A stretch of DNA of 64,000 nucleotides from Nageia nagi (taxonomy: Eukaryota > Plantae > Pinophyta). This document shows, piece after piece, positions 1 to 12,393 of this stretch. The first letter of the stretch is position 1. Each line of letters starts with the position of its first letter. The stretch is from contig JBITNC010000001.1 in assembly GCA_050084985.1 (NCBI GenBank), forward strand, positions 170,190,001-170,254,000. The letters run 5' to 3'. The position numbers were made by a program, and so were the translations under genes. The notes beneath the pieces are model-generated. The model did not search any database. It was not told where the DNA came from and saw only the letters and a program-made list of their open reading frames with translations.

Positions 1-292
1 AGAAATTAGATCCACATCATCTACATTGAAACAAGTGAGAAGAAGGAAATCACACTCTAGAACATGCTCCAATAAACTTGAATAAATAAGATCCACATCA
101 TCTATATTTATACAAGTAAGAGGGAGGACCTCACACTCTACAACATGCTCTAATAAGCCCAAAGAAACTGGATTCACCTCATCTGCACTGATACAAGTGA
201 GAGGAAGGGTCTCACACTCTATAACATGCTCTAATAAACCTAAAGAAACTTGATTCACATCATATAAATTGATATGAGTGAGAGGAAGTACC
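1..292. repeat. 81-bp tandem repeat, about 3.6 copies, truncated by the window edge
   Basis: gat(c/t)cac(a/c)tca unit starts at 9, 90, 171 and 252. Confidence 0.9.
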
Positions 293-375
293 ATTTTTTC
301 AAATTTAGAAAATACATCTTGAAGATGCCTAATTGCATCACTAAGTCATGTTGAATCATCCCGCAAGCTTTCCAT
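1..375 (-). pseudogene. First ORF of this element, with 27-aa tandem repeats (LLEHVxECxxLPLTCxxxDDVD)
   Basis: ATG at 375 and one in-frame TGA at 346-348 (possibly CGA>TGA). The frame is then open from ATG 294 to base 1: MVLPLTHINLYDVNQVSLGLLEHVIECETLPLTCISADEVNPVSLGLLEHVVECEVLPLTCINIDDVDLIYSSLLEHVLECDFLLLTCFNVDDVDLIS. Confidence 0.65.
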
Positions 376-1289
376 ATCTCCCTATTCATATTTTTTTTGT
401 ATCAAAAATACAAATTGCTCCATCATTGTGAAAAATAAATAATATCATATTAAAATTTTTATTGTATATAAGTACCATGAATAAACATCCATATCTAAAA
501 TTTTATAAAAAAAATGATATCATATGTAATGATTATGAAGATTTCATCTTTGCTGCTTTTTTTTATCAAAATCTCAATCATCAATTCAATCATAAATTGG
601 CCAAAACAAATTGAAATGATCTAAATTATTTTTTGAAAATGTATGATACTGATATATTAAAACCCATAAAATTTCAAAATCAAATTAAAATGGATGAAAA
701 AGCTATGATCATTTTACTCTTATCACTTCTAGATCTTAGAGTAATTATTAAGGGACCCCAATGTTCTTTTTAAAAATTATTCAATATAACTCCAAACATA
801 TGAAATTTAAAGTGCATACTATTGAGATACAAATATAAAAACCCTCTAAATTTAAATAGCAAAATCCAAGGGATGAAAAAGAGATGATCAAATACTTTTG
901 CCCCTTTTTCACAATTGTAGATTTAGGGTTTATAAAGGGAAACATAAATCATCCCATAAATCGATCAATATAGATCAAAATGATCTAAAATTTTTATAGA
1001 ATGAAGATATTATCTATACAAAAAATTCTATAAAAATTTAAGAATAAAAAACCTTTTATTTTATCCTACACAACCACTTTATTTAAAAATGTGAAATGCT
1101 TATAATATATGCAAACCAACTCTAAAATGCCTGAAATTTTTATTGAGACTTGATGACATGATTATTCATAAATCATAAAAATTTAAAAAGAAATTTTATC
1201 TAGATGTGTGAGATATGAATTATTCAATTCAAGCTAATCCAAAATAAAAAAAACTTCAAGTTTTCCAAACCCACAAGTGCTAATCCCAT

Positions 1290-1301
1290 GCTTTGATACC
1301 A
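1290..1301 (-). other. Primer-binding site, tRNA-iMet type
   Basis: TGGTATCAAAGC versus consensus TGGTATCAGAGC. Confidence 0.8.
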
Positions 1302-1703
1302 AATGTTAAAAACCCACTATTTCATAATAACTAAATTATTCACAAGTACACATAAAACCACTACAATATGTAAATACCATTCAAATATGTAAAAATATTA
1401 CAAATACCACTTAAGTGGTGGGGGCACCTCTTAGAGAATAAGTTCTCTCCTCAAATAAAACTATATTTGTAACTTGCTTATTACAATAGGGAAGGCCTCA
1501 TATAAATAGCCTTTTATGACCCTTCACCTTACAAACCTATTACATGTGGGATAAATACTAGTATAACATAAATAACATATTATGAGTCATAACAAATTAT
1601 TTTACCAATACCCCAAATCTAATATATTTTTCAGTTGGAGCATGCAAATTAATAATAGAAAAATAGAATATTTGAATATACCATAAATTTCACTCTCATC
1701 CAA

Positions 1704-2345
1704 CTTGCTATGAATAGATTGCCATACCTTTTTGAATCTCTAAATATAGTTGTCTATGGTTTCATTGCTTCCTTGGTGCATGGCACATAATTCTATAATA
1801 TTTATTTACTCTTTGATATTATACTTGTATTGATTCATTAATACTTATACCAATGAATTGAATGAATCTATGGATCCCTCTAAAAAATTATAGAACCATT
1901 AGCTAGTTTCACCTTTCAAACTTTTTGGGAAATTTTTTTCCATCAATGTCTCCTCTGATCTCAATTTTAGCCAACACTCCTCCTAAAAGCTTATAAGATG
2001 TTGTTTTAAGTATTGATCACCATTAAACATCTTGAACTTGGGAGCCTTATGATTGGTTCGTAAGGGATAATTATAGATATCATCTGATAAGGGTGTGGTG
2101 AAGATACCATCATAATCTTTCTCTTTTTACTAGGATCTCTTACTATTATCAAGATTGGTTACCCTTGTAATTAGAGTTGGATATATAGCTAACTATGAAT
2201 TACTTCTTAAACTCTGCATTGTGACCACTTGCCTAGCTAAGTCTTGCACTATTTTTGCCAAGTTCATTACAATTTGCTCCATTTTTTTATGCAGCTAATA
2301 GTGCAAAAATAGTCTTTGCATGCTATTAACAATATTAATTCTTCA
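1704..2345 (-). pseudogene. Ty3/gypsy (Tat-like) gag remnant
   Basis: Minus-strand translation gives APKFKMFNGDQYLKQH ... FPKSLKGETS*WFYNFLEGSIDSFNSLV, the Retrotrans_gag pattern, with stops and a frameshift. Confidence 0.8.
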
Positions 2346-2392
2346 TAAAAACCTTGTGAGATCTTATTGGTAGGATAAGATGAATCAAAATA

Positions 2393-2405
2393 GTCAGGTT
2401 CACCA
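2393..2405 (-). other. Primer-binding site complementary to the tRNA-Trp 3' end
   Basis: TGGTGAACCTGAC versus TGGTGAACCCGAC expected from plant tRNA-Trp (one CpG transition), 3 bp from the LTR end. Confidence 0.7.
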
Positions 2406-2408
2406 AAA

Positions 2409-3043
2409 TGTAGATAATGAATAATGCATAAATAATAAATCAAAGCATTATTATTCTACAATATAATATTGAAGCATATATTAAAAATATGACATTCTTA
2501 CAAAATGATAATTGAGATATCTTTTTCAGATTTGGATACATATGAGATAATAAGAATCATGCATCAATCATAATAACATACCATGAGAAATGAATGCCAT
2601 TGATAGCCTTAAAGAAGCACATTGTTAACAACCTAAAATATGTAGATCCATAAGTAGAAATTGAAATACATGAAATAAGAGGAAGGTTATCTAGCAGATT
2701 TAAGAATGGGTGGTGTTACAAAACACCTTTGTTGGTAGGATAAAATGATTTTGTATGTTCCAATATCTCTCTCTGGCTATCTTTGTATCTAATATCTCTT
2801 CTCTTTTATATTGCCTTTTGATATTATTTTATACCAACATTTTGATCCTCTTTGATTCTTGGGATCATTGCATATTACATTGTTTATGGTGTCTTTCTTG
2901 ATGTTTACCTCTTACATTATAGAATGGTCCATTACATAAATTACATTACCTTGGATATATTTTCACCCTTTTTACAATAAATATTCCTTGATGCTATAAA
3001 ATGAATGATTTAATACAAGGAAATTCATTTTTAGGCATCTACA
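2409..3043 (-). mobile_element. Gypsy LTR (635 bp)
   Basis: Termini tgtagat...atctaca form a 7-bp perfect inverted repeat. A PBS lies on the 3' side and a purine-rich PPT-like tract on the 5' side (3044-3062). Confidence 0.7.
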
Positions 3044-6000
3044 TTTTGCTTCACTATCTTCTTTGTTGAAGTCAATCATACGATCACTATAGGATGCTAC
3101 TGAATCTCTTTATGGTAGATGACTCTATTTCTAGTAAGAGCCTAAAAGTATAGTCCCATGTCTCTTTTCCAAGGTCAACATATTCAGAACTACTCCTTGT
3201 ATCCATTTTTCCATTATGGCGATTATGTCATCCATGTTCTTCTTCTTCTTCTTCATGGCAATGATGTCATACATGCATAAATGTAGATTTTAGAATGCAC
3301 TTTATTCTCACTCACATGGATATAATTTTTTCCATAGAGTTTACAATGCTATGGAGTTTAAACATGCTCTACACTCTCAATCCTTGTGAGAGGAAAATCC
3401 ACTAAAGGGGACTTAACCTTTCCAGTCTCCATAAGCCCTATTTTGTAATGTTTTAGTGGATTAATAATGAAGTTTAGGTGGTTACAATAGAATAATCCCA
3501 AACTTGGTATTTTTACCCTTTATAAATATTTGTTCTATCCTCTTAACAATATTCTCCTTCATTTGTATTCCCATAGCAACTCCATCTCCTTAATTTTAGG
3601 ATCCTTCATTAGATTTGGTCAAAAGTTTTTTTTAATAGTAAATTTCATTTGCTATTAAAATACTTTCACAATTTATATTGAACCATTTAATAATCACCTC
3701 CATACATAAAAAATATTCAACTATCAAACAACCTAACATATACCATTTGGTGGGTGACTTGTATGTGGTGGTTTCACTTGGCACAACTTCCTCTAGTAAA
3801 TATGCATTCAACTTTATTTGACCAATGTTATTTCCAATTAACTGATGGCTAAAGGCTTGTCAAGTAGGTGGATGACTTAGTGGTCACTGAGGATGACTAA
3901 TGATCATTAGGTTTGCAGGTAGGTAGATCCCCATGCATGCAAATTGTCTCCCTCCACTTGCATGAAAAATCCTCCCCTCCATGTTGGTTGAGTAGTGGAT
4001 GATCCCTTTTGCCATGTTGTTGTCAGATTCCCTAAGGTGGGGTCCTCCTCATCGGTGACATGGGTGGAAATTAACCCCTATTGCTTTTGCTTTCATCAAT
4101 CCCACATGGTTATGTGAATAATGATGGCACCCTTTGACAACTTTTTGACCATGTAATTATCGCTCATATATTTTGGGCTTGGGATTTTCTTTTGGTGTTT
4201 TAGTTTATTGAAATTGCCATTTTTTACTATACCATTTAATATTTAAATAATATTTGAAATAGTTTTAACATTGTCATTTTTTTCAAAAATAAACTTTCAT
4301 AATAATAAATAAATAATAATATTTAATTATTATTTATTTAAAAACTTCAAACCTTCACATATCGCTCATTTTTTATCAGATTTTCAAACCATCAAAGGCA
4401 TCAAGAAGCTAAAGGTGAGCTTTTAGACTTGGAGAGAAAAATCATATTTTTGAATATTTTCATTTTTATATCTCCAAAATTCCATTTTAGATAAGCCAAG
4501 GAAGGCTTATAAGAACCTTTTCAACAATTCAAGTGTCATTAAAATCCTCACCATGAGAATGAATGGTATTGACAAGATTCTGAACTCTATTCATGAAAAT
4601 CTCAATGGTCTCTCCATAAGCCATTTTGATAGATTAAAAATATCTTTGGAGCATCTGCAACTTGGCTACTTTGACCTTGGAGGAATCTTTGTAGGTACTC
4701 TCAAGTGCATCCTAAAAAGCCTTTAAAACTTTTAATTTTGTTATAATCTGAGCAAACATTGAAACATCTATCCCACTTTGTAATGCAAACATAGATTTGA
4801 CATCTTTCTTTCGGGTGTCCAAAATCTCTTTTTTCTCATCTACTAAGAGTAATGCAAATGTCATTATATTTACTTATGTATATCCATAGGAGATAATAGT
4901 ATATAGGTCTTGAGAGATGAGAGAAGTCCTTATATTGATGGTCTAATATTCAAAATATTTATCATTAAACACGGATCAATAATTAAGATGGATTTTGATC
5001 TTTTGAATCCATTTTTACCCAACTAATTATACATCTTTGATCAACAAAAGTATTATTGCAATCAAATTTGAAGTAGTCATAATTAAACAAGATAATAGAC
5101 ATGATCAAATAGAGTTATTGTATGAAAGAATGAAGTTGCTATGACTAAAAACTGAGTTATTACAATCAAGATCAATGCAAAAGTTAGATTACAATACTTT
5201 GAGGCTTATGATATCAACATAAGTTTTAACATGATGCACTAAGAAGAAAAAGGAATAATGCTACACTTTTGAGATGATGACATCATTAGAAAGGTAGCTT
5301 GATGTGAAATTGGGAGAAAAGGGGCAATATCATGCTTTTGCAAGGCTAACGTTATTCGAGGTATTATCATGGTGCGACATAATAAAATAATGTAGAATAC
5401 AACATTTTGAAGGTGATGACATCAACTTTATACCTACAAAAGACTAGTAAAGGCATAAGACACTCAATGCCACATGGTAGATTTGATAATGTAAGCAATA
5501 GGATTATCAGAGTGGGATACAATAAGAAATGCACTAAGTATTAGGTGGAAAGATAGATGAAGTGAACAAAATTTCAAAGAGAGTCCAGTAAGGCAATAAT
5601 ACATTGAATGCTAAGTGGTGAGAGTGGTGATATTGATAGAAGATTTAGAGCAATACATTAAGGTAAGAACAATATTGTATATCTTGTGGCATGAGTGATG
5701 ATGTCGATAAAAGTATGAACATAATGCAACAAGGATTTTTAAGGCATAACAAGGTGCGACACAACATGATACAAAAAGCATGACATGATATGAAAAATAA
5801 CAAAATGCATTTGACAAGTAAGGAAAACTATCAGAAAGCTTGAAAAATATTCTATCTTAAAGATGGATGTCCATCAATGCTTTCAAGGGCCTAAAAATAA
5901 ATTCAAATGAGTGCAAGGAGGGAAATCTAGTTTGTAAATGATTCCAACAAGGAAAATAATGAATATGAAGAGCTAAGTTGAAGACTTAAGTGTTTAGACT

Positions 6001-6182
6001 TGTATGAGACCTAAAATAGGGAAATAATAATGCAAACCAATATATCTCACTATTGAAAGCATATATAACAATTTGACTAATACTTAGAAGTGAAAATGTA
6101 GACTTAATGATAAGAAATGCCTCAAACCAACTTCAAGATACCTGCATGAATATGTTGAGTCATTCACAATTGCTTAACCACA

Positions 6183-6589
6183 TGAAGAGAGTGAAAATAT
6201 AGTATTATAGAGAAAATAAAATGTTTTCTATTATGAGTGCTAAAAATGGTAACATAACATATCATTTTACAAAAGAAAACTAAGTTCTATTTATAGATAC
6301 AAAAAGTGGAGTATTAGAGATTCCAAGGAATCTAACGAATCACAATCCATTTAGATAATTAGGAAAACATAAATGAAATTTATTAGAAAGGGATGGGCAA
6401 CCATGTTTATGCATCCAAGAAAGATATGATCAAATTATGAACATTAAATATTGACTACATGCTTGGAAAAGGAAATAAATATTAGTAGGTGAAAAATTAA
6501 TGATCTACATAATAACTATTGGAGGAAATACATGCATGCAGAAGATGCAACTAGAAAGGGAATTCAAATATGAATATTAAATTCCTTCA
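6183..6589 (-). mobile_element. Probable LTR abutting the start of the Copia gag
   Basis: tgaag...cttca termini and a minus-strand TATA-like CTATAAATAG near 6287. No TSD or clear PBS. Confidence 0.4.
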
Positions 6590-6735
6590 AGTTTAAGGTT
6601 AATAATTTTAACAACTAAAACTACCAACTATTGAAAATTCAAATGGAAAACTATTTATATAATAAGTATCTTTACTTACCATTCAATAGACTGGAAAAGA
6701 AGCTAATAACTATGACATATGAAGAATGAAAAATT

Positions 6736-9667
6736 TGAAAGGATATAGAAGACTTGATATTATTACAATGATAAGCCTTTGTTAAATAGCCAAGGATGAA
6801 CAATTACAACCATATAATGGGTTGATACACGAAATGATCTCAACCATCCAAACATAACAAACTAGGATAATGATAAGAATGATAACCCATGTGTTGTCAA
6901 CTAACTTAGTAACACTAAAGTTAGATACCATAACCTAGCAAGCTTAATTAATTCCAACACCCCCCTTTAAGTGAGGCTAGGAGGTTGTAGACATAAAAAA
7001 TATGCTAGTACTTATGAGTCCCAAAAATATGTCCTAATAAGGTACCCATGAACAATACAAAATCTCTTACAAACACAAAAAAGGAGAAAACCCTATGGGT
7101 AAAAATCCCACCTAAAAGAGATAAAGAGGAAATATGGTACAAAAATATTGTAGAAATCATTGCTAATGAACATATGAAAATGAAGAGTTGAAAAAAATCC
7201 AAATAAAGTAGGATCAAAGAGTTATAAATCTTCATGAGTGAGATTCAATCAACACCAGAAGTTGAAGTATCATTGAAGATGCAGTTGGTATAATAAAGGA
7301 CCAAGAGCTCATAATAAAGATCCCAAATAATGTTGCATCCACAAATTGGTACACTGATACAATATACATGAACACAAAGTTATGAAAACATGCATACTCA
7401 AAGATAGGTTAACATGCAAGATAACATGTCCAAAGATGGGTTAACATGCAAGATAGCATGCCCAAAGATGGATTCGCATGTAAGATAACATGCCTAAGAT
7501 TGGGTTCACATGTAAGATAACGTGCCCAAGAATGTGTTCACATGCAAGACAATATGCCCAAGAGTGGATTCACATGTAATACAATACCCAAGGAGGGTCA
7601 CTTGATATGAAAAATACAACTCAAAATAATTTTGAAATGAAATCCAAAGCTTGAAGTGTAAGAAAGTAAGGTCCAATGAAGTTTTAAGAGAGTCCTTATG
7701 GACATCATCCCATCTTGCTAGAATACATGAGTGCCAACTATCGTAACCATTGAGTTGAGTAAAGAATGAAGCTGGGTACAAGGATTGCTCACCAAATGTA
7801 CCATCATGGAAGATATTCAAGGCTAAAGGAATCAAATGAAGGCAAGTCGAAGAATCTTTATCTAGAAGATCCAATAGGATCTAGAAAGTCCATTAAGGAC
7901 TTAGATAAGCTACCTTGTGTACAAAGGGAAATAACCATGAGTTGGTATATGAAACCTTTGAAGGTAACCAATGACACTCAAGAAGATAAAAAAAAATCAT
8001 ATCCCAACTCATGGTTATTTCCCTTTGTCATCAAGGTTTGAGTAGATAGGTTTGAGAAAAAAATCATGATTGTAAAGATTGTTGAGATCAAGACTTCACA
8101 AGCACAATGGTGTGGTCTTCACTTATACACTATAAGGTCACAAAAAGGCTTATAGTGAGTAGTCTAAGGAGAGGGAATAATAGAACCAACAATTCCGAAG
8201 TGAAGAGCTTGGAGTTTGCTTTGCAACAAAAAAAATGAGACCCAAAAATGGGGTACAACAAATTATGTCAATAAGTTATAGGTGCTTGAACTGGGTACAA
8301 GAAACATGTTGTTGCCATGAGGGAAAGTAGAAGAAAGATCCAAAGGGAGAAGATTTGAGTGCCATAAGGGATTTCACAATGCATGCTTTACATGGACACC
8401 AAGGAAAGGATGAAGAATCTAGATAATATGAATAACCACATCAATAGTGTGTTTCAATGAAATGATGCCAAACAATAGTCTCAAACCATAAAACAACCAT
8501 TCTTGTCATAAGAGAATAACACATCCTCACAATGAAAAACCAGCCACATAGATCTCAAGTAGAAAAGGACCACCAAGGTTGAGATACAACATAGTGGTAG
8601 AGGCTGGAAGGGACATCGATCAATAGAGAGATAATGCTACAAGATCTGGTATAAAATGACCTTCACATTGATTGCACTAAAGAAAACCATTGGGGTGCAC
8701 ATCAATAGATAGATAAGCACCACCAATTGGTGCTATGAGGAGAGCGATGATCTCCAAACGTGAACTAGGAACATGCACAAGGGACCTTGAGAGGCCCAAA
8801 TCTGGTGAAAGACCAGGCCCTCATAGAGAAAGTCACACAACACCATAAGAGCTTGAATTAACACCAAAATGTAGGGCATGGACCATTTTCATCCCACAAA
8901 AAAGAGGTGCACCAATTGAAATCAAATTGCCTAGGAGAAATCCAACCAGCTCCAATAAGGCATAGCTAAAAAATGAGGTACGGTGAAAAATGGAGTTACA
9001 CCAAACACCATGAGAAGGCCCAAAATGGCTACAATAGTAGCCAACAAGATCAATCTCCCTTTCCTAGCATCTTCAAAGCATGCACCACATGGATGATTAG
9101 GATGGAGGTGAGAGACATGCACATAAGTGACCATGAAAAATGCTCAATGCATGTTAGGGGAGGGCTAAATTGACATTGCCACATAGATCTAAAATAATAC
9201 TACCAAGCATGTGAGCAATTAAAGGGAATTTGGGATATGAAATGAAGATAAACTATGCATAACATGGGTGCAAGATGCATCCATGAATAAAGAGGATATT
9301 TTCTATGTCCAGTAGAAACTCCAAACCTATCCACTCAAGTTGCCATAAATAAAATGAAAAAAAATAGAGGTAAGGGGGGGGATTGGATCAAGAAGGCCAA
9401 TTTCCCTTCATAGATTTGCTGATCAAATTGAGGAAAGATTCAGAGAAAGGAAAGAGAAGACTTGATATTTATATAATGAGAAGCCTTAGTTAAATAGTCA
9501 AAGATGAACAATTACAACCATAGGATGGGCTGATACATAGAATGATATCAACCATCCAAATATAACATATTAGGATAAGGATAAGAATGAAAACCCATGT
9601 GTTGTAAACTAATTTAGTAACACTAAAGTTAGATACCCTAACCTAGCAAGCTTAATTAACTCCAACA
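6736..9667 (-). mobile_element. Non-autonomous LTR element (2.9 kb) with 224-bp LTRs, nested in the Copia gag
   Basis: Direct repeats at 6736-6959 and 9444-9667, starting TGTTGG on the minus strand. G-rich PPT at 6960-6970. TSD aaatt/aattt, and excision restores the host gag frame (EE*KI|FDIK). No RT or integrase seen. Confidence 0.88.
7401..7595. repeat. 32-bp tandem repeat, about 6 copies
   Basis: Unit aagatgggttaacatgcaagataacatgccca starts at 7401, 7433, 7465, 7496 and onward. Confidence 0.9.
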
Positions 9668-10435
9668 AATTTTTTGACATAAAGACATTAGGATTAATAC
9701 ATATGTGATTGGTTGCATTGATGGACTTCAACATTTCAAAAGAGAAGATAATGAATGTTTTAATGAAAGCATTGACTAAATTGTATGAAAAACCCTCTAC
9801 TTCTAACAGGGTATTTCATATGAAGAATTTATATAATATGAATATGTCATAAGGTGGGTCTATTGATGACCATATAATGAGTTTACTATGGTCTTTAGTA
9901 AGTTAAGCTCTATATGAGTAGATTTTGGTGATGATATTAGGGATCTTTTAATCTTGAGCTTGTTACTAAAAAAATTGGAATGGATTGATCATTGCTTTGA
10001 ATAATTTTATCTCATGTTCAAGCACTTTAAAGTTTGATGATGTTGTTGGTATTATCCTTAACAAGGAAATATAACATAAAAATATAGATGAGACATCATG
10101 TAATGCTTTAACTATAAAGAATAAGGGAAGATCAAGGGAGGGAGGAAAAATTCCAATGAATCATGGAAAATCACATCCAAATATAAAAGAGGGAGACTAG
10201 AATTTTGGCATTGTGGAAAGAAATTAAAAGACATACGTAAAGATATTATTGGTCTTGATAAAAAAATTGAGATGAAAAATAGAATAATAATAATAATTAG
10301 GAAGCAAATGTAGTAGGTGATGGGTTACAAGATGCTTTAATACTTTCATTAGATAATATTATTGATTGTTGGGTGATGGGAATAGGAGCTTCATTTCATG
10401 CCACACCCTATAGGAAATATGTTTTAGGCTATATT

Positions 10436-10666
10436 ATTTTTTGTAATCAAGGGTGTCAACTCCACCACTCAGTTTCTCACCCAAGAAAAGGTTCAAGCCA
10501 TGCAAACCACCCCAAATACCTCGAATTATCTTGGGTAAACCATTTACATTGTTGGAAATAAAAGTAGGTGAATTTTTATCCAATCCAGTGATACCTGAGG
10601 GATTCAACCTTGAGACATCCACTCACCCATTCAAGGGCTTTGAACATCGCACTAGGCCCTCAAGCC
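10436..10666 (-). mobile_element. tRNA-derived SINE (~230 bp) inserted in the Copia protease
   Basis: The minus strand starts GGCTTGAGGGCCTAGTGCGATGTT (A-box-like, 10643-10654), has a B-box-like GGTTGAATCCC (10599-10609) and ends in an A-rich tail. A degenerate 15-bp TSD lies at 10421-10435 and 10667-10681. Removal restores RKYFLDYVQVDYGK. Confidence 0.8.
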
Positions 10667-11549
10667 TTTCTAGATTATGTTCAAGTTGATTATGGAAAAT
10701 TTTATTTGGGTGATGATCATCCATGTAAAATTGTTATAATGGATAACATACAAATAAAATTACCAATTGGAAATCCATTAGTTTTGGAAATATGTATGGC
10801 ATATTATTGATTTGAAATGAAATATAATTTCAACAAGGGAGTTGGGAGATGGAGGCTATACATATTCATTCATAAAAGCTTCATAGATGGTCACTAAAGG
10901 ATTTTAATACTAGAAAAAGGAAAGAGGGTAGGTAAATTATATTTATGTATTGAAAATACTAACTTTTTAATTGTTTTATCTTCTGGAGAAATAAAGATAA
11001 TTTTTTGGCATCATAAACTTAGGCACATGAGTGAGAATAGGATGTTGATTCTCCATTAAGAGAATTTGTTGTCAGACTCTAAGAACATTAATTTGGACTT
11101 CTATGAGTATTATGATTATGAAAAATAAAAAAGAGTCAAATTTCTTAAAGTTAGAAAAGAAAAGAAGAGTGAAAAGTTAGATCTTGTGCATACAAATGTA
11201 TAAGGACTAGCTTGGATATCATATATTTTTGGCTCGTATTTTATATTAGTTTTAGTGATGATTCAACTAAAAAACTTGGGTTAATTACATTCAAAGAAAA
11301 TATGATGTTTTTGGTACTTTTAAGAAATGAAAAGCTTTAATATCTAGCTATAGTTTGTATGATTACATGTTTATTTTGTAAGAGGAGAAATACTAATAAC
11401 CTTTGAATAATCAAAATATCATATTCTCATCAAGTTGATTTATAATTTAATAGAAAATATTCCCCTATGATATTTTTATATAGGGTTTCCAACCATGGTA
11501 TTCTAAACACATTAGTTACTTTGACTAGATCCACTAATATAGATTCTAT

Positions 11550-12180
11550 TGCTTCAACATTTAAATCACTATTTCCTTCTTAGAAACCTACAATTTTGGC
11601 ACTTTCCATGTTTCCAAATTGTGATTCATGTTCTCTAGATTAGTAAAGAAATGGTCTGTGACTTAAGCATTTTTATAATATCAAAACTTTGATATTAAAT
11701 ATTATAAGACTTTAGTGTTAAAATTTAATGCTTAGAGTATTGCCCTTATTTTGGTGATGGGATCATTGAACTCAAGTGCTAACATAGGTTTAAGAACTTT
11801 GGTATTAGAGTTATTCTAAACTCTAGTGTCAACATAGTTCAAGGACTCTATCACCAATGTATGTAATAACTATGGCACTTATTAAGGTTTAAGACTCCAA
11901 TGCTTCCTTAATGTAAAACTTTGGTGTTAATTTTGAAGTGTTATACTTTTATGGAAAACTAGAGCAATCATAAATCTTAAAGTATCAAACATCATCATTA
12001 CCAAATAAGAGAGAATAATAAACCATAACAATAATAAACATGCATATAATCACTAGTTTAGGTAAACTAATAAGTCCAAAATATGATTATAAGTTATTAT
12101 GGCATTCAAAGTACATAAAAAGTCTATGTATATTGGTAAAAATTGAGGTCATTTTATGACTCATCATTTTCCCCAACTTT
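11550..12180 (-). mobile_element. Gypsy-type LTR fragment with PPT
   Basis: Minus-strand junction GTTGGGGAAAA|TGATGAGTCATAAAATGACC at 12166/12167, and a degenerate ~22-bp repeat at 11700-11940. The left boundary is uncertain. Confidence 0.4.
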
Positions 12181-12393
12181 GATCGTTATTGCTCCTACAA
12201 TAATCAAAATACCTAAATATATCAGTTATTAATAAGAGCTATATGAATTAGATGGATAAGATCATAAAGTTGATTTGAAAATTCTAAGCATGCATCATAA
12301 ATAGGATCATTCCCTTGTGTTTCTCCATCTCTTATTTCCACTATTTAAAGTCCCTAGGTTCTTAAGGATCTTATCATAATATTTTAGTGAAGG

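Larger units (their letters stand above)
1..1703 (-). mobile_element. 5' part of an LTR retroelement: 5' LTR about 1304-1703, tRNA-Met PBS, ~0.9-kb leader, ORF running off the window
   Basis: gctttgatacca at 1290-1301 reads TGGTATCAAAGC on the minus strand, next to the LTR terminus (plus-strand tgtt at 1304). The right LTR boundary is approximate. Confidence 0.65.
6590..11340 (+). mobile_element. Ty1/copia (Tork/Tnt1-like) internal region: gag, protease, pre-integrase and integrase start, interrupted by two insertions and truncated
   Basis: FKVNNFNN*NYQLLKIQMENYLYNKYLYLP (6590-6735) continues in frame after the insertion as FDIKTLGLI..MKALTKLYEKPSTSNRVFHMKNLYNM. The protease reads WVMGIGASFHATP (about 10370), followed by WHHKLRHMSE (about 11005) and KLDLVHTNV (about 11175). 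Confidence 0.9.

Noticed and set aside
3060-6180. Possible coding or host sequence
   Set aside because: I found no sustained frame or recognisable motif. It is probably non-coding retroelement interior, so I left it unannotated.
10373-10689. Three overlapping short ORFs as a small gene
   Set aside because: They are explained by the Copia protease frame reading into the SINE insertion.
11799-11812. PBS-like tggtattagag
   Set aside because: It lies inside a degenerate short repeat and does not follow an LTR-ending CA.
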